Positions 29,549 through 40,201 of a stretch of DNA of 64,000 bases are shown in pieces. The position numbers were made by a program, and so were the translations under genes. Location of the stretch: IMG/VR virus record IMGVR_UViG_3300045988_131275, positions 64,001-128,000 of that record; one strand, 5' to 3'. The notes under the pieces were generated by a model, which searched no databases, was not told the origin of the DNA, and saw nothing but the letters and a program-made list of their open reading frames with translations. This stretch comes from a virus. Positions within the stretch are counted from its first letter, which is position 1; the number at the start of each line of letters is the position of its first letter.

Positions 29549-30133
29549 CTATTTCACCTCTTTCAACTTCTCAACTGCCAGTTTCAAAAATTCTACAAAT
29601 TCATCATTTACTACTACATGATCTGGATTCTCAATAAATCTCTCAAACGTCTCAATTGCTTTTTCTTTTGGATTAGAAACTGTAACTCTTCCTGATTTCG
29701 CAATTTCAAGAAGTTCATCTATATTATTTTCCCAATTACGTGTATTACACAAATCCTTGTTGCACTTAGTATTCCTTGCGTCCAATACACATTCTGTGCA
29801 TTTGTGTCCGCAACATTTTCCTACATCTGCAATTCGTTCAGCAAACTCTCTTGCCGTCATTTCTTTTGTTCCAAGGAGTTGTGATGCCTCGTAGAAAGTG
29901 TAACTTGAGATAATATATGCTCTATAAAACATATCTTTATTTCCGCAAAACTTTAAAATATCTGGAAAATGTTGTTCTTGCAATGACTTACAATATGGAT
30001 CTTTAGCCCATCTAAACCCCTGCTTCTCAGCTTCTTTGAGAAGCATTTCGTTTTCTTCTTTTGTCCTAACTAGAACGCATGTATTTGTTAATTCAATCAT
30101 GTTTTCACCTCTCAAACTCAATCTTCTTACCAA
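29549..30133 (-). CDS. Hypothetical protein with Cys motif
   Basis: GKCCGHKCTECVLDARNTKCN. Confidence 0.6.
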   Translation of the reverse strand: MVRRLSLRGENMIELTNTCVLVRTKEENEMLLKEAEKQGFRWAKDPYCKSLQEQHFPDILKFCGNKDMFYRAYIISSYTFYEASQLLGTKEMTAREFAERIADVGKCCGHKCTECVLDARNTKCNKDLCNTRNWENNIDELLEIAKSGRVTVSNPKEKAIETFERFIENPDHVVVNDEFVEFLKLAVEKLKEVK

Positions 30134-30428
30134 TGTATTTCTCTAACTTCTCATCTAAATCATCTGGATAAGTCTTAACAACATAATCTTTATCAATAGA
30201 GATTTTGATTATTTTATTATTTTTATCTGTATAAATACTACCAACTGTTCCACCAGGAACACGAATGTAATACTTATATTTATCATTTTGCTTTCCTACA
30301 TCAAATAAATAATGTTTATAATATGGATATTCTTTCGTATCAAATCCTGCTAATTGATCTAATCTATCGGTTAAATTACAATAATATTGTTTTGTATTTC
30401 CTATGGTATATTTTTCTTTCAATATCAT
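30105..30428 (-). CDS. Hypothetical protein
   Basis: ORF in array. Confidence 0.55.
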   Translation of the reverse strand: MILKEKYTIGNTKQYYCNLTDRLDQLAGFDTKEYPYYKHYLFDVGKQNDKYKYYIRVPGGTVGSIYTDKNNKIIKISIDKDYVVKTYPDDLDEKLEKYIGKKIEFER

Positions 30429-30523
30429 GTTATTGCCTTCTTTTCAATCACTATATATAGTGTATAAGTTTATACTCATATACAATATATGGTGTTATTC
30501 TATACATGAAACCTGTGTTTCAT

Positions 30524-31114
30524 CTAATATATGTTATCAATACCATCGGCTTCTTTAATAGTAAGATTTCTTACTGCATTAAACTGATCTTTATATGATA
30601 AATCGTCAAATTCATATACTGTCATATTTTTTAATTCTTTTAAAGAATACAATTTATTTTCAACCATATTTTCATCACCGATAATACAAGCAAGACTAAT
30701 TCCATTTTCATCTTTATAAAATTTATAATTCTCAAATCCTGTTGCTTTGTCATTTACACTATCATATAATCTTTGTCTAAATTCTGAAATCTGACACATA
30801 TATTCCGCTAAAATGCTATATGACTTTACTGATCCAATTGATGTGTCACCGCAACTCTCTTTAAAAATCGCATCGTCTTTTAAAATATCTGAAACATAAA
30901 TATATCTCCCATTACTTCTCTTTAATACTTCTTCTGTTTCTTTATCTGAAATATATCCTTTACCAAGCATCCAGAACAATAATGGTGTCCCGTTTACAAT
31001 ACGTTCATTGTAGTCAATATAATCTTCGCCAGCTTCTTCCATAAATCTATGGAATACACAATAACATAAGAATGGATCTTTTAATTCTTTTGGTGATTTA
31101 ATGATATAACTCAT
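30524..31114 (-). CDS. Hypothetical protein
   Basis: ORF in array. Confidence 0.6.
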   Translation of the reverse strand: MSYIIKSPKELKDPFLCYCVFHRFMEEAGEDYIDYNERIVNGTPLLFWMLGKGYISDKETEEVLKRSNGRYIYVSDILKDDAIFKESCGDTSIGSVKSYSILAEYMCQISEFRQRLYDSVNDKATGFENYKFYKDENGISLACIIGDENMVENKLYSLKELKNMTVYEFDDLSYKDQFNAVRNLTIKEADGIDNIY

Positions 31115-31146
31115 AAATTATTCCTCCTGTGAAACTCGTGTTTTAT

Positions 31147-31356
31147 CTAATAGCGTTTATATGTCACAAATTCTCCATTCTCAAACTCCACTTCAATTCT
31201 TGTAGGATATCCAGTATTATCTCCTTTGAATGACACATACTTCTTTCCTATAATTTTTAAATTTGTTTTATGATTTTCTTCACACTGTTTACATTTATTT
31301 TTGTCTGAATATTCTGTTCCACAAAATTCACACTGATATCTGGTACTGGTTTTCAT
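31147..31356 (-). CDS. Zn-finger small protein
   Basis: YQCEFCGTEYSDKNKCKQCEENH. Confidence 0.6.
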   Translation of the reverse strand: MKTSTRYQCEFCGTEYSDKNKCKQCEENHKTNLKIIGKKYVSFKGDNTGYPTRIEVEFENGEFVTYKRY

Positions 31357-31403
31357 AACATTAAACCTCTTTAAATTATATTTTGTATAAGGAATGTAGT
31401 CGC

Positions 31404-32312
31404 TTATGCGACTACATCCTCAATACTCTTTTCTCCAACTGGAAATAATTCTGGTTCTTCGGCAGCCACAGACTCTACGTTTTTCTTTAACTGCTCAAAA
31501 TAACTATCTTTTAATTCACTTGCAATTCCTCTTCTTCCTAATTTAAGTGCAACATATGGAGTAGAACCAATTCCACCAAACGGATCAAACACAATATCAT
31601 TTGGATTCGTCCATAATTCAATACATCTCTGAATTACTTCAAGCTGTAATGGACAAATATGTTTCTCATCCTGTTCAGATCTTGCTGATTTTCTCTGTAA
31701 TGTATCGCTCTGCCTAATATCCATCCATACTGGTGAAGCATAATTTTGCCATACATTAACAGGGAATGACTCATTTGTATGCTCAACTCGTTCAGGATTA
31801 TCCCCAGGTTTTCTGACAGTAATCACATAATCTGGAAGTCCTTGACGACTCATACTACTATCTTTTTTAATTTGTTTATGTAAAAGACCAAGTGCTTTTG
31901 TTCTCTGCATTTCTGTAACAGGATTCTTCCAAATAGTTACTTTACTATGATAGATAAATCCACAATCCTGAAAGATTTTAAGCATAAGCGCAGGAAAATC
32001 CTTTAGTCCAATTACACCATCTCTTGATTTCATGAGAGGTAAATCCATACAATGAAAACTCAGAAGTCGTCCAGGCATTGTAATTCTGTATAATTCTTTT
32101 GCAAGATATTTAAAATGATTGTAAAATTCTTCATCTCCTTTACAATTACCCATATCTCTATCTGAATTAGAGTACACATATAACTGTGAAAATGGTGGTG
32201 AAAAGATAGTGTAATGGATGCTATTATCTGGAATCTCCTTAGTAATTTCTACACTATCTCCATGATAAAGTGCATATCTGTTTGCTACTGCTTGATCAAT
32301 TACGTTCATCAT
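31404..32312 (-). CDS. DNA N-methyltransferase (m4C or m6A type)
   Basis: FSPPFSQLYVYS catalytic motif and C-terminal NDIVFDPFGGIGSTPYVALKLGRRGIASEL. Confidence 0.88.
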   Translation of the reverse strand: MMNVIDQAVANRYALYHGDSVEITKEIPDNSIHYTIFSPPFSQLYVYSNSDRDMGNCKGDEEFYNHFKYLAKELYRITMPGRLLSFHCMDLPLMKSRDGVIGLKDFPALMLKIFQDCGFIYHSKVTIWKNPVTEMQRTKALGLLHKQIKKDSSMSRQGLPDYVITVRKPGDNPERVEHTNESFPVNVWQNYASPVWMDIRQSDTLQRKSARSEQDEKHICPLQLEVIQRCIELWTNPNDIVFDPFGGIGSTPYVALKLGRRGIASELKDSYFEQLKKNVESVAAEEPELFPVGEKSIEDVVA

Positions 32313-33676
32313 TATTCAAATTCCTCCCAATTTGGTAATTTCATTGTTGTATTTGCTTCGTATGGTGTAGTAAGTCTACACGTTGATTTAAGCTCTTTCT
32401 TAGTAATTTCTTTAGTTAGATTAATCATTGCATCTCTCATAGTAATAAAATCTAACTGTTTTCTTTCAATGTTCTCTTTTACGCAACCTTCTTTTGCTGA
32501 AATAATTATGTATACATTGACCTCTTGAGTCTGACCAAAACGCCAACATCTTCTTACAGCTTGATAATACTGTTCAAAACTATCAGAAAGACCAGTAAAT
32601 ATAACATTGTGACAATTCTGCCAATTCATCCCGTATCCTGCTAATTGTGGTTTGCTGATAAGACATTTTAATTTTTCATCGGAAAATGATAGCATTGTTT
32701 CACTCTTATATTTATTCTTATCACTTCCTTGAACATTTTTACTTTCTTCAATCAACTCATTTAATCTGTCACCTTCTGCATTAAGATCACACCAAACTAA
32801 CCACTGTTCATCTGAACTATTTACTAAATCTGCTGCTTTTTTACATCTTAATTCAAGAGTTTCTTTTCTTGCATTCCTACGTTCCGTTAATGTGAGTGAT
32901 TCAGTAATTGGTTTATCCCCATCAACTATAATTTCATGAATATTCAAGTTAGGTAATTCATAATCCGTACCGTCATATCCTAAATTTGATGGGTTATCAA
33001 TAAATACAGACCAACTTGCCATCCATTGCCAAAATACATCTTTTGCGTGACCTTTTAATCTCCACTTAGATGTTTGACCACCATCATGAACAAAGAACAT
33101 TGATAGCATCTCTGAACGTGTCATAACTCCACAAAATTCAGAATGATTTCCCAACTCCATATAATCATTTGGAGCAGGTGTTGCAGTACAAGCTAATTTA
33201 TAGGGAACATTTTGGAAATTCTCGATAATAGAAGTCCTCACTTTACCAGTGTAGGATTTAAGAATTGAACTCTCGTCTAAGACTACTCCAACAAATTCAT
33301 TTGCTACGAATTTATCTAGTTTCTCATAGTTTGTAATATTAATTCCATTAATACAATCTTCCTGTTTCTCACATACTTTTGCATTGTAATGGAATTTTTC
33401 AGCTTCTCTCTTTGTCTGATCCGCAACCGATAGAGGTGCAAGAATCAAAACTTTACCGCCCGTATGTAGATGTACTTGATGCGCCCATGATAATTGCATT
33501 GGTGTTTTGCCAAGTCCACACTCTGCAAAAATACAAGCTCTACCTTTTGCTAACGCCCATCTTACTACATCTTTCTGAAAGTCAAATAGCATGGGATTTA
33601 GTTTATCTTTATCAATATTAAATCCGCTACTTTCCAGAACATAATCTTTTTGTTTTAGAAAATCTTCGTAATTCAT
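32312..33676 (-). CDS. SNF2/SF2-like DNA helicase
   Basis: AECGLGKTPMQL, VVLDESSILK, CTATPAPND, YYQAVRRCWRFGQTQEVNVY. Confidence 0.88.
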   Translation of the reverse strand: MNYEDFLKQKDYVLESSGFNIDKDKLNPMLFDFQKDVVRWALAKGRACIFAECGLGKTPMQLSWAHQVHLHTGGKVLILAPLSVADQTKREAEKFHYNAKVCEKQEDCINGINITNYEKLDKFVANEFVGVVLDESSILKSYTGKVRTSIIENFQNVPYKLACTATPAPNDYMELGNHSEFCGVMTRSEMLSMFFVHDGGQTSKWRLKGHAKDVFWQWMASWSVFIDNPSNLGYDGTDYELPNLNIHEIIVDGDKPITESLTLTERRNARKETLELRCKKAADLVNSSDEQWLVWCDLNAEGDRLNELIEESKNVQGSDKNKYKSETMLSFSDEKLKCLISKPQLAGYGMNWQNCHNVIFTGLSDSFEQYYQAVRRCWRFGQTQEVNVYIIISAKEGCVKENIERKQLDFITMRDAMINLTKEITKKELKSTCRLTTPYEANTTMKLPNWEEFE

Positions 33677-33700
33677 TCAATCTCCTTTTATTTATATTTA

Positions 33701-34078
33701 TTATTGTTTATATTTTTCTATAAAATCTAATTCTTCATTAGATTCCATTCTTTCATATTCTTTCATCCACTGACGAGCAGAATATCTATTATTATTTATA
33801 TGATTCCATAAATTCTTATCAAACGGTTTATCACATTCACAAATAAGCACGTGTTGACAAAATAAAAATATTTGACGGGAATATTCGGCAGAATAGCCGC
33901 GAAGTTTAGAATTTGAAATATACATTGTGTCATATAGATAACTATAATTGTCAGCTAAAATAGAATCATATATTTCAGTTTTTGCATTCCAATAACAACA
34001 AACTTTATAATACAAATCATTCATTTTATCTGGTGGATGTAAGTATATCTGACTTTTCCATTCATAATGATCTAACAT
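33701..34078 (-). CDS. Hypothetical protein
   Basis: ORF in array. Confidence 0.5.
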   Translation of the reverse strand: MLDHYEWKSQIYLHPPDKMNDLYYKVCCYWNAKTEIYDSILADNYSYLYDTMYISNSKLRGYSAEYSRQIFLFCQHVLICECDKPFDKNLWNHINNNRYSARQWMKEYERMESNEELDFIEKYKQ

Positions 34079-34310
34079 ATATCACCATGCCCTCTTACAG
34101 ACTCAATTTTCACAATTACAGGTCTATATTGATTTTTACCTTTTCTTTTATCTGTGATTTCTTGCAATTTATCAAATAAAATTGGAAGTCCGTATTCTGT
34201 ATACCAAACGTCACTGTATTGTTTTACTTTTCCTATATAGCCATCTCTATCTACTGCTAAAGTATAATAATCTACTTTCCACATATGATTTCTCCTACCA
34301 AAGATCATCC

Positions 34311-34523
34311 TTATCGTTTGCGTTCGTTCATCATCTGATCCAGTCTTTTCCCTATATTCTTAGATGCTATATCACGTATGAATAAATCAATTCTATTACA
34401 GCAATCATCACATAAATGTAATTGTACTGATTTGAATTTGCCATTTGAATGCATCATTGGAATATAATATTTGTCTAAATACTCTGATTCTTTGCCACAT
34501 AAGTCACAAATATATTTAATCAT
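34311..34523 (-). CDS. Small Zn-finger protein
   Basis: YICDLCGKE...HLCDDCCNR. Confidence 0.55.
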   Translation of the reverse strand: MIKYICDLCGKESEYLDKYYIPMMHSNGKFKSVQLHLCDDCCNRIDLFIRDIASKNIGKRLDQMMNERKR

Positions 34524-34692
34524 GTATTATTTCTCTCCTTGAAATAAATTTTTCAACTCCATAAATCTTCTGCAAACATTACCGCAAAAGGAATTACCAT
34601 AAACCAAACCGTATCAGAATTTTTCGTAATTAACATTCCCCCGATAGAAATTACTGCACATAAAATCCATATAATATACATAGTTAATTTAT

Positions 34693-35061
34693 TCATTTCT
34701 TATCCTTCACAATCTTCACAGAATAACCAAGAGCTTCTTCAATATCTTCTAATGTCATTTCTTTTGGTTTTTGTTCAAACGTTACTGACTCACCATTAAT
34801 CAGTAAATCATTTGGAAATAATCCTGAAATCTTGATGTTGTTACATATGCTTAATTCGAGATCTACCTTATCTAGTACATTATCCATATGACCAATTACA
34901 ACATTTCTAACATAAGCATATGTATTGCCAACGTCCAATTTGACATCTAGCAGAAATGTTTTATCTGATTTCCTAAGTTCCATATCTACGATTTTAACTA
35001 ATCTCATACCAAGTTCCTCTTTTAAAATTTTTGTATTTGTCATGATATTCCTTTCAACCAA
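34693..35061 (-). CDS. Hypothetical protein
   Basis: ORF in array. Confidence 0.55.
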   Translation of the reverse strand: MVERNIMTNTKILKEELGMRLVKIVDMELRKSDKTFLLDVKLDVGNTYAYVRNVVIGHMDNVLDKVDLELSICNNIKISGLFPNDLLINGESVTFEQKPKEMTLEDIEEALGYSVKIVKDKK

Positions 35062-35512
35062 ATGTAATTACTCCACCTGGATATTCTTTAAAAAATTGTG
35101 ATACTCTTTCTAATTGCTTATTCGTCAATGTGAAATATCTTTTTCGTAAAAATTTTCTCAAACATCTACGACTTCTAATAATTCTTCGTGGATAATTAGA
35201 AATTCTAAATGTATCATGGTATTCAAGAACATTAGTATATAATTTTGAGCATTTTTCAATTTCCTTATATGTTCTATCCATACCTGAGCCATAACCTAAT
35301 TGCCACCAATAAAATCCATATACACAAGGGATGTTTTCATTATATGATTTCATAAGAAGATTATATAAATTCTTATCGTATAATCCATTTTCAATATTCT
35401 CTTGTGAATTACCTGTAAAATAATATATTTCTATTGGTGCATATTCTTTCATTTTCTCAAACTCTTCATCAGTAATTGGTCTGCTAAACCATGTATGACA
35501 TCCCATTTCCAC
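35054..35512 (-). CDS. Hypothetical phage protein
   Basis: ORF in array. Confidence 0.6.
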   Translation of the reverse strand: MEMGCHTWFSRPITDEEFEKMKEYAPIEIYYFTGNSQENIENGLYDKNLYNLLMKSYNENIPCVYGFYWWQLGYGSGMDRTYKEIEKCSKLYTNVLEYHDTFRISNYPRRIIRSRRCLRKFLRKRYFTLTNKQLERVSQFFKEYPGGVITFG

Positions 35513-35519
35513 ACCTCCT

Positions 35520-35537
35520 ATGAAAGATTTCTTTCAT
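35520..35537 (-). repeat. Intergenic mini-hairpin, dispersed family (ATGAAAG-ATTT-CTTTCAT)
   Basis: 7-bp perfect stem directly abutting TAGGAGG. Confidence 0.75.
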
Positions 35538-35772
35538 CTTTATTCAAACGATGCACCAGCTGCAACACACGTAAGTAAAATAAAGCTCACAATACAAATA
35601 ATTTTAATCATACTATTCATTCCTTTCCAAATTAAAATATACAATTTCTTTACCAAGCTCCATTGCTTGTTCAATTCTTTCTCTCGTAGATTCTCTTTTT
35701 CTTTTGTGATGCCATGATAAACTAGAACATTTTATAAATTGCTTACACCATTTAAGATCTTTACTCATACTT

Positions 35773-36177
35773 TTAGCCAACATAATCTTTATCAAAATAC
35801 GGACAATTCTTCCACTCATTACTTTCTGCGAATTTACAACTTTCTGCAATACATGATTTTCCGATATAATCAGGATGTCCACATGACGGGAAATTAGGAT
35901 ATAAAATATCTTTAACTCCAAATAAAGCTGCTAAATCTGGTTCTACAAATTTTGGTTCACCTTTTGGGGCATAATGACGAATATTTTTTGGAATATCATC
36001 TAAACTATCATAAATATTAAAAGTTTCTGATACGCCATCAATCACCCTATAAATAGATTTAACACCATTAGTTACATAACGAATATCTAAGCTCATATAA
36101 TTTTCTCCTTTACTTAAAATCAACTTTTCATTGCCAAGCAACACATTAATATTGTTATAATTATTGAAGTTGTACAT
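35773..36177 (-). CDS. Hypothetical protein
   Basis: ORF in array. Confidence 0.5.
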   Translation of the reverse strand: MYNFNNYNNINVLLGNEKLILSKGENYMSLDIRYVTNGVKSIYRVIDGVSETFNIYDSLDDIPKNIRHYAPKGEPKFVEPDLAALFGVKDILYPNFPSCGHPDYIGKSCIAESCKFAESNEWKNCPYFDKDYVG

Positions 36178-36609
36178 GAGATAATTACATTTTCTAATTT
36201 ATTTCGATTGGCATACCATTTTGCTCCAAACATATTTAAAATAATTAACGCACCCATTATACAATAACTAATGTCGTTCATCGTTATTCCCTTTCATCTT
36301 ATCAGCTTCTCCACTCATACTCCAAAATCGTAAGAAATTATACTTAAAACATTCAGCAGAGAAGTCTGAATAGCTCTGCAATTTGTCTGGTTTGGCTTGC
36401 GCCCTGTAGCAATGACTGCGTTTAGGACAGTCACTACTACAACACATCGTAATATCAGGCATTTTTCTTATCTTCTTTCTCCTTACGTTTTACGGAATCT
36501 GCTTTCATTTTAAGCTGCTCATCCTCGATTTTTCTCATCATTCCTCTAAGTTTTCCTGTTTGTTTGCATGTAATTCCCATAGTGTTTTCTCCTTTTCTTA
36601 TTTATTTAA

Positions 36610-36819
36610 TTATTCTTCTACTAAATATAAATAACTATATCCACCTGCATTCCCTACTAGTTGGCTAGTTAAGCACATTGCAATATGATTTGCGTCATAT
36701 ATTCTATTTCCTTGTCTATATTGTTTACCAAAGTTTATTTCTCCAATGCCACCTATTAATTTAGGATTATCACCACAAGCAGAATTTAATCCACTTGTGG
36801 GTTTGTAAAGTTTCCAGAA
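36610..36819 (-). pseudogene. Out-of-frame C5-MTase target-recognition-like fragment following the permuted MTase
   Basis: Translation FWKLYKPTSGLNSACGDNPKLIGGIGEINFGKQYRQGNRIYDANHIAMCLTSQLVGNAGGYSYLYLVEE, similar in pattern to the TRD module of the upstream gene. Confidence 0.5.
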
Positions 36820-38339
36820 TTAATACCTTTATACAATCTATTCAGAGCAATTTCAAAAGCACCAATTCCTGAGAAGAAACTACTTAACTTTAAGTTTTCA
36901 AATAAATACGGCATAGCTTTATATAACTCGACAAATATGTAATATAAAACATCTACAACGATACTATTTCCTGCTTGTTTATATAACTGACTATTACTAA
37001 CCATTTTTTCAGCAACGTCAAAATTATCATCTGAAAATCCCATCAATCTGAAACACTCTTTTGGTGTAAGTTTTCTAATTCTTATAGGTGATTCAATTCT
37101 ACAAACAGCTGTTTCAGTTGCAGTAATTGTTGGACAAATATTCCCATTTTCTTGAACTCTACCTCTTCTAGTTTTAGTTTTTGATTCAGGATATGATAAA
37201 TCTACTACGCCACCAATTTCACATTCAATATATCCTTTCTTTGTGGCTTGACGAATTGCAATTTTATTTCCCTCTCCCTTATTTGTTGTTACAGTTGGTG
37301 CTAAACCATTTTCATCAAACACATTTCCATTCATGCCTTTTCCAGATGGATTAATATTTCCTATCTGAATAATTTTGGGTTCTAATCCTCCTCCACCACA
37401 ACAATTCAAAGCAGGACTACAACCATCAGAAGAATATATTCTTCCTCTTTGTGGATTATCCCAGTTACCAGTATCAACAATATTTCCTAATTGCTTTACT
37501 TTATTTTCATTAACAATTCTTGGATCTTTGTAATCTCTTGCTGTTAATGTGGGACAAAAATCATTATATTCCCTTGCTTTCTCTTCTCTTTTTATCTGGC
37601 AAGCATCGTATAATAATGCATCTTTATTATTACGGCTAGTTACAAATCTTTGAACCTTATCTTCTGAAATATAAAATTTCTCATCCACTCCATCTTCTAA
37701 AATATCCTTTAACCTCATTCCGTTATCAAATGGTTCTGGATATTTGAATTTACCGTTATCTAATTCTTTCTTAATAAAAATCAGATATACTCGTTCTCTA
37801 TTTTGTGGAACACCATAATCTTTTGCATTTAAAACTTTCCAATATACGTTATATCCATATTCTTCAAGTTCATCTGTAAAAAGTTTAAATGTAGTATCTT
37901 TAAATTGTTTTCCTACAATATTTTTTACATTTTCATAAATGCCAAAATTTGGTTTATTTGCACGAATTACTCTCAAATATTCAACAAGTAATGAAGACCT
38001 TGTTTTATTAAGATTTTCCCCTCCACATTTCGGACATTTATTTCTCTCTGACCAGTGAACAGTTAGAGGATTATATTCATGTCCACAATCTTCACAAGTC
38101 CATTTAGAACCCTTTTGTTTACCTGCTACGCTGAAATCTTGGCAGGGTGAACCTCCACAAACCATATTAAAATCTGAAAGATTATTTTCATCAACTTTAG
38201 TGATGTCACCAAGATTTAAACTTTCATCTACATTATGTATTGCACAGTATGATTTAACTGCATATTTATCAAACTCACAAAAATTTACAAGTTTCCATCG
38301 TTTCTCCGATGAATTATTATTTTCAACTAAATGACTCAA
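36786..38339 (-). CDS. Circularly permuted C5-cytosine DNA methyltransferase (TTG start)
   Basis: Starts at motif II (LVNFCEFDKYAVKSY); then IV (GGSPCQDFSVAG), VI (YENVKN), VIII (PQNRERV), TRD, X (LYKQAGNSIVV); motif I (SSFFSGIGAFEIAL) lies at the C-terminus. Confidence 0.85.
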   Translation of the reverse strand: MSHLVENNNSSEKRWKLVNFCEFDKYAVKSYCAIHNVDESLNLGDITKVDENNLSDFNMVCGGSPCQDFSVAGKQKGSKWTCEDCGHEYNPLTVHWSERNKCPKCGGENLNKTRSSLLVEYLRVIRANKPNFGIYENVKNIVGKQFKDTTFKLFTDELEEYGYNVYWKVLNAKDYGVPQNRERVYLIFIKKELDNGKFKYPEPFDNGMRLKDILEDGVDEKFYISEDKVQRFVTSRNNKDALLYDACQIKREEKAREYNDFCPTLTARDYKDPRIVNENKVKQLGNIVDTGNWDNPQRGRIYSSDGCSPALNCCGGGGLEPKIIQIGNINPSGKGMNGNVFDENGLAPTVTTNKGEGNKIAIRQATKKGYIECEIGGVVDLSYPESKTKTRRGRVQENGNICPTITATETAVCRIESPIRIRKLTPKECFRLMGFSDDNFDVAEKMVSNSQLYKQAGNSIVVDVLYYIFVELYKAMPYLFENLKLSSFFSGIGAFEIALNRLYKGINSGNFTNPQVD

Positions 38340-38660
38340 ATTCCCTTATTTTATAGGGAGTTGTACAACTACTTTATCCTAGAATTTACCTAAGCTCCTT
38401 TCTATAAACTCTGCAATGCTGCGTAAATCAGATATTCATGACTATCCGATAAAAATAATATTTCTTTGTTTCCTGGAAATAATTGGGTGATCACCCATAG
38501 AAATTTACTTGATATGTATTAATCATCCCACGAATTAGGATTCATAGGACATTCAGGACATCTACAAACTAATTCTCCATCTTCGTCCGTATAATAATCA
38601 TCACCATAACCACTACATTCATAGCAGTAGTCATATGGATATTCTTCATAATCGTCTAAA

Positions 38661-39116
38661 TCATTCATCTTTTACCTCTAATTTCTTCAAGCCCTCAATG
38701 CTCCAAGGCTCTTCGTCTTCCCATTTAATGAAACTAAAAACATCACCATACATATCTTTTGGTATATCATGACTTGCATAATCAGATATCCAAAATTTAT
38801 TACCACGTATTGGCTTGTCATAATAAACATAAAGTAAATTATCTTTATCTCTTGCAATATATTTACAATTGGATAGAAGGACATCAAGGAAGTTCTTTTC
38901 TCTTGATGTAATTGTAGGTTTCTCTACATTTTCTGATTCAGCCCATTCATATCGTCTAATTCCGCAACTTTTGTCACCAGTAGGAACATAAAATTTGCAC
39001 ATATCGCATTTAAAACTATCACAGAAAGTAATTTCACCTGACTTTGTAACTGAAAATGCATAGCCTTTACACGCAATATCTATAATTTCTTTATCAAATT
39101 TTTCTTTATTTTTCAT
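38661..39116 (-). CDS. Hypothetical Cys-containing protein
   Basis: ORF in array. Confidence 0.5.
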   Translation of the reverse strand: MKNKEKFDKEIIDIACKGYAFSVTKSGEITFCDSFKCDMCKFYVPTGDKSCGIRRYEWAESENVEKPTITSREKNFLDVLLSNCKYIARDKDNLLYVYYDKPIRGNKFWISDYASHDIPKDMYGDVFSFIKWEDEEPWSIEGLKKLEVKDE

Positions 39117-39426
39117 TTGAATCGTCCTCCTATACTTTATTACACACGTATTTTGCTTACATTTTCGTCTTTTGGCATCCGCAACGTATGATATTCAGAA
39201 TCCCTTTTACAATAAGTACGCTCAATAAAATTTAAAACTTTTAACGCATTTTCTTTATTATATGCTCCCAATACCACTGAACTATTAGCATATGTAATTT
39301 CAATATTGTTTATATGCGAATTGATTCTTTTAATTGAAATTGTTTTTCCTGCAATATCTACTAATTTTGTTCTATCTTGACTTCTTATTAACATATTTTC
39401 TCCTTTGAAATGCCAAATTCATTATA

Positions 39427-39726
39427 TCATTCGATGCTTACTTTCTTTCCAGAATACATTTTCATCCGCTTCATCTTTTTAAGAAATAGTTTCATTTCAT
39501 ATCCTGTAAGACCAACACAAGTATTTCCAATTCCTTTATCATCTCCTAAATCTGGATCATATGACTGTAAAATATGTCTACCAGATTTTTTGTATAAAAT
39601 GTCAACTTTTTGTGTAAAATTATATTTCTTATCTTTTCTTTTATACTCACACCCATACTTATCTTCTTTTTCTTTTGTAAATCCAATTTCTGCTAATTTC
39701 TCATCTACGGTTTTAAATAATTTCAT
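39427..39726 (-). CDS. Hypothetical protein
   Basis: ORF in array. Confidence 0.55.
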   Translation of the reverse strand: MKLFKTVDEKLAEIGFTKEKEDKYGCEYKRKDKKYNFTQKVDILYKKSGRHILQSYDPDLGDDKGIGNTCVGLTGYEMKLFLKKMKRMKMYSGKKVSIE

Positions 39727-40166
39727 TTTGTGTCCTCCTCATCTTCATAGTTCATTATAATCGTAATTACCTGCACCAAAACTTTCTGAATCTGGTCGTA
39801 AATGTGACGATCGTTAGTTCTAAAATGTGAGTTTAGTTTTGCATCTTCATTGCCTTTTCTGTAGCAATCTTCCATAAAATCAATACAGTATATATCATCT
39901 TCCTTGATGATTTCACCGTTGGCTCTCCATTCAGCAATCATTTCTTCTTCGACCAGTGTATTTACAGCATCACTTGAATCCACTTTACCGTTCAGATATT
40001 CTACGCAAAGATCAATGAATCCCAACTTGTCAACGCACATATACGCTTTTGCCGTTCCAGATGTATATTCTTTGAATGCCTGCTCAACCTGTTCTTTGAA
40101 GTCCTCTGGCAGGTCAAAAATATCTACTTCCAGTCCTTTTGGAAGATTTATTGTGCAACTTCTCAT
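39723..40166 (-). CDS. Hypothetical protein
   Basis: ORF in array. Confidence 0.5.
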   Translation of the reverse strand: MRSCTINLPKGLEVDIFDLPEDFKEQVEQAFKEYTSGTAKAYMCVDKLGFIDLCVEYLNGKVDSSDAVNTLVEEEMIAEWRANGEIIKEDDIYCIDFMEDCYRKGNEDAKLNSHFRTNDRHIYDQIQKVLVQVITIIMNYEDEEDTK

Positions 40167-40201
40167 TTTGTGTCCTCCATATTTTAATTTTTATCATGAT
40201 G

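Noticed and set aside
36786-38339. Fragment/pseudogene interpretation of the permuted MTase
   Set aside because: All conserved motifs are intact in one 517-aa ORF and the displaced motif I is perfect, so permutation is the simpler reading, although an assembly artefact is not excluded.
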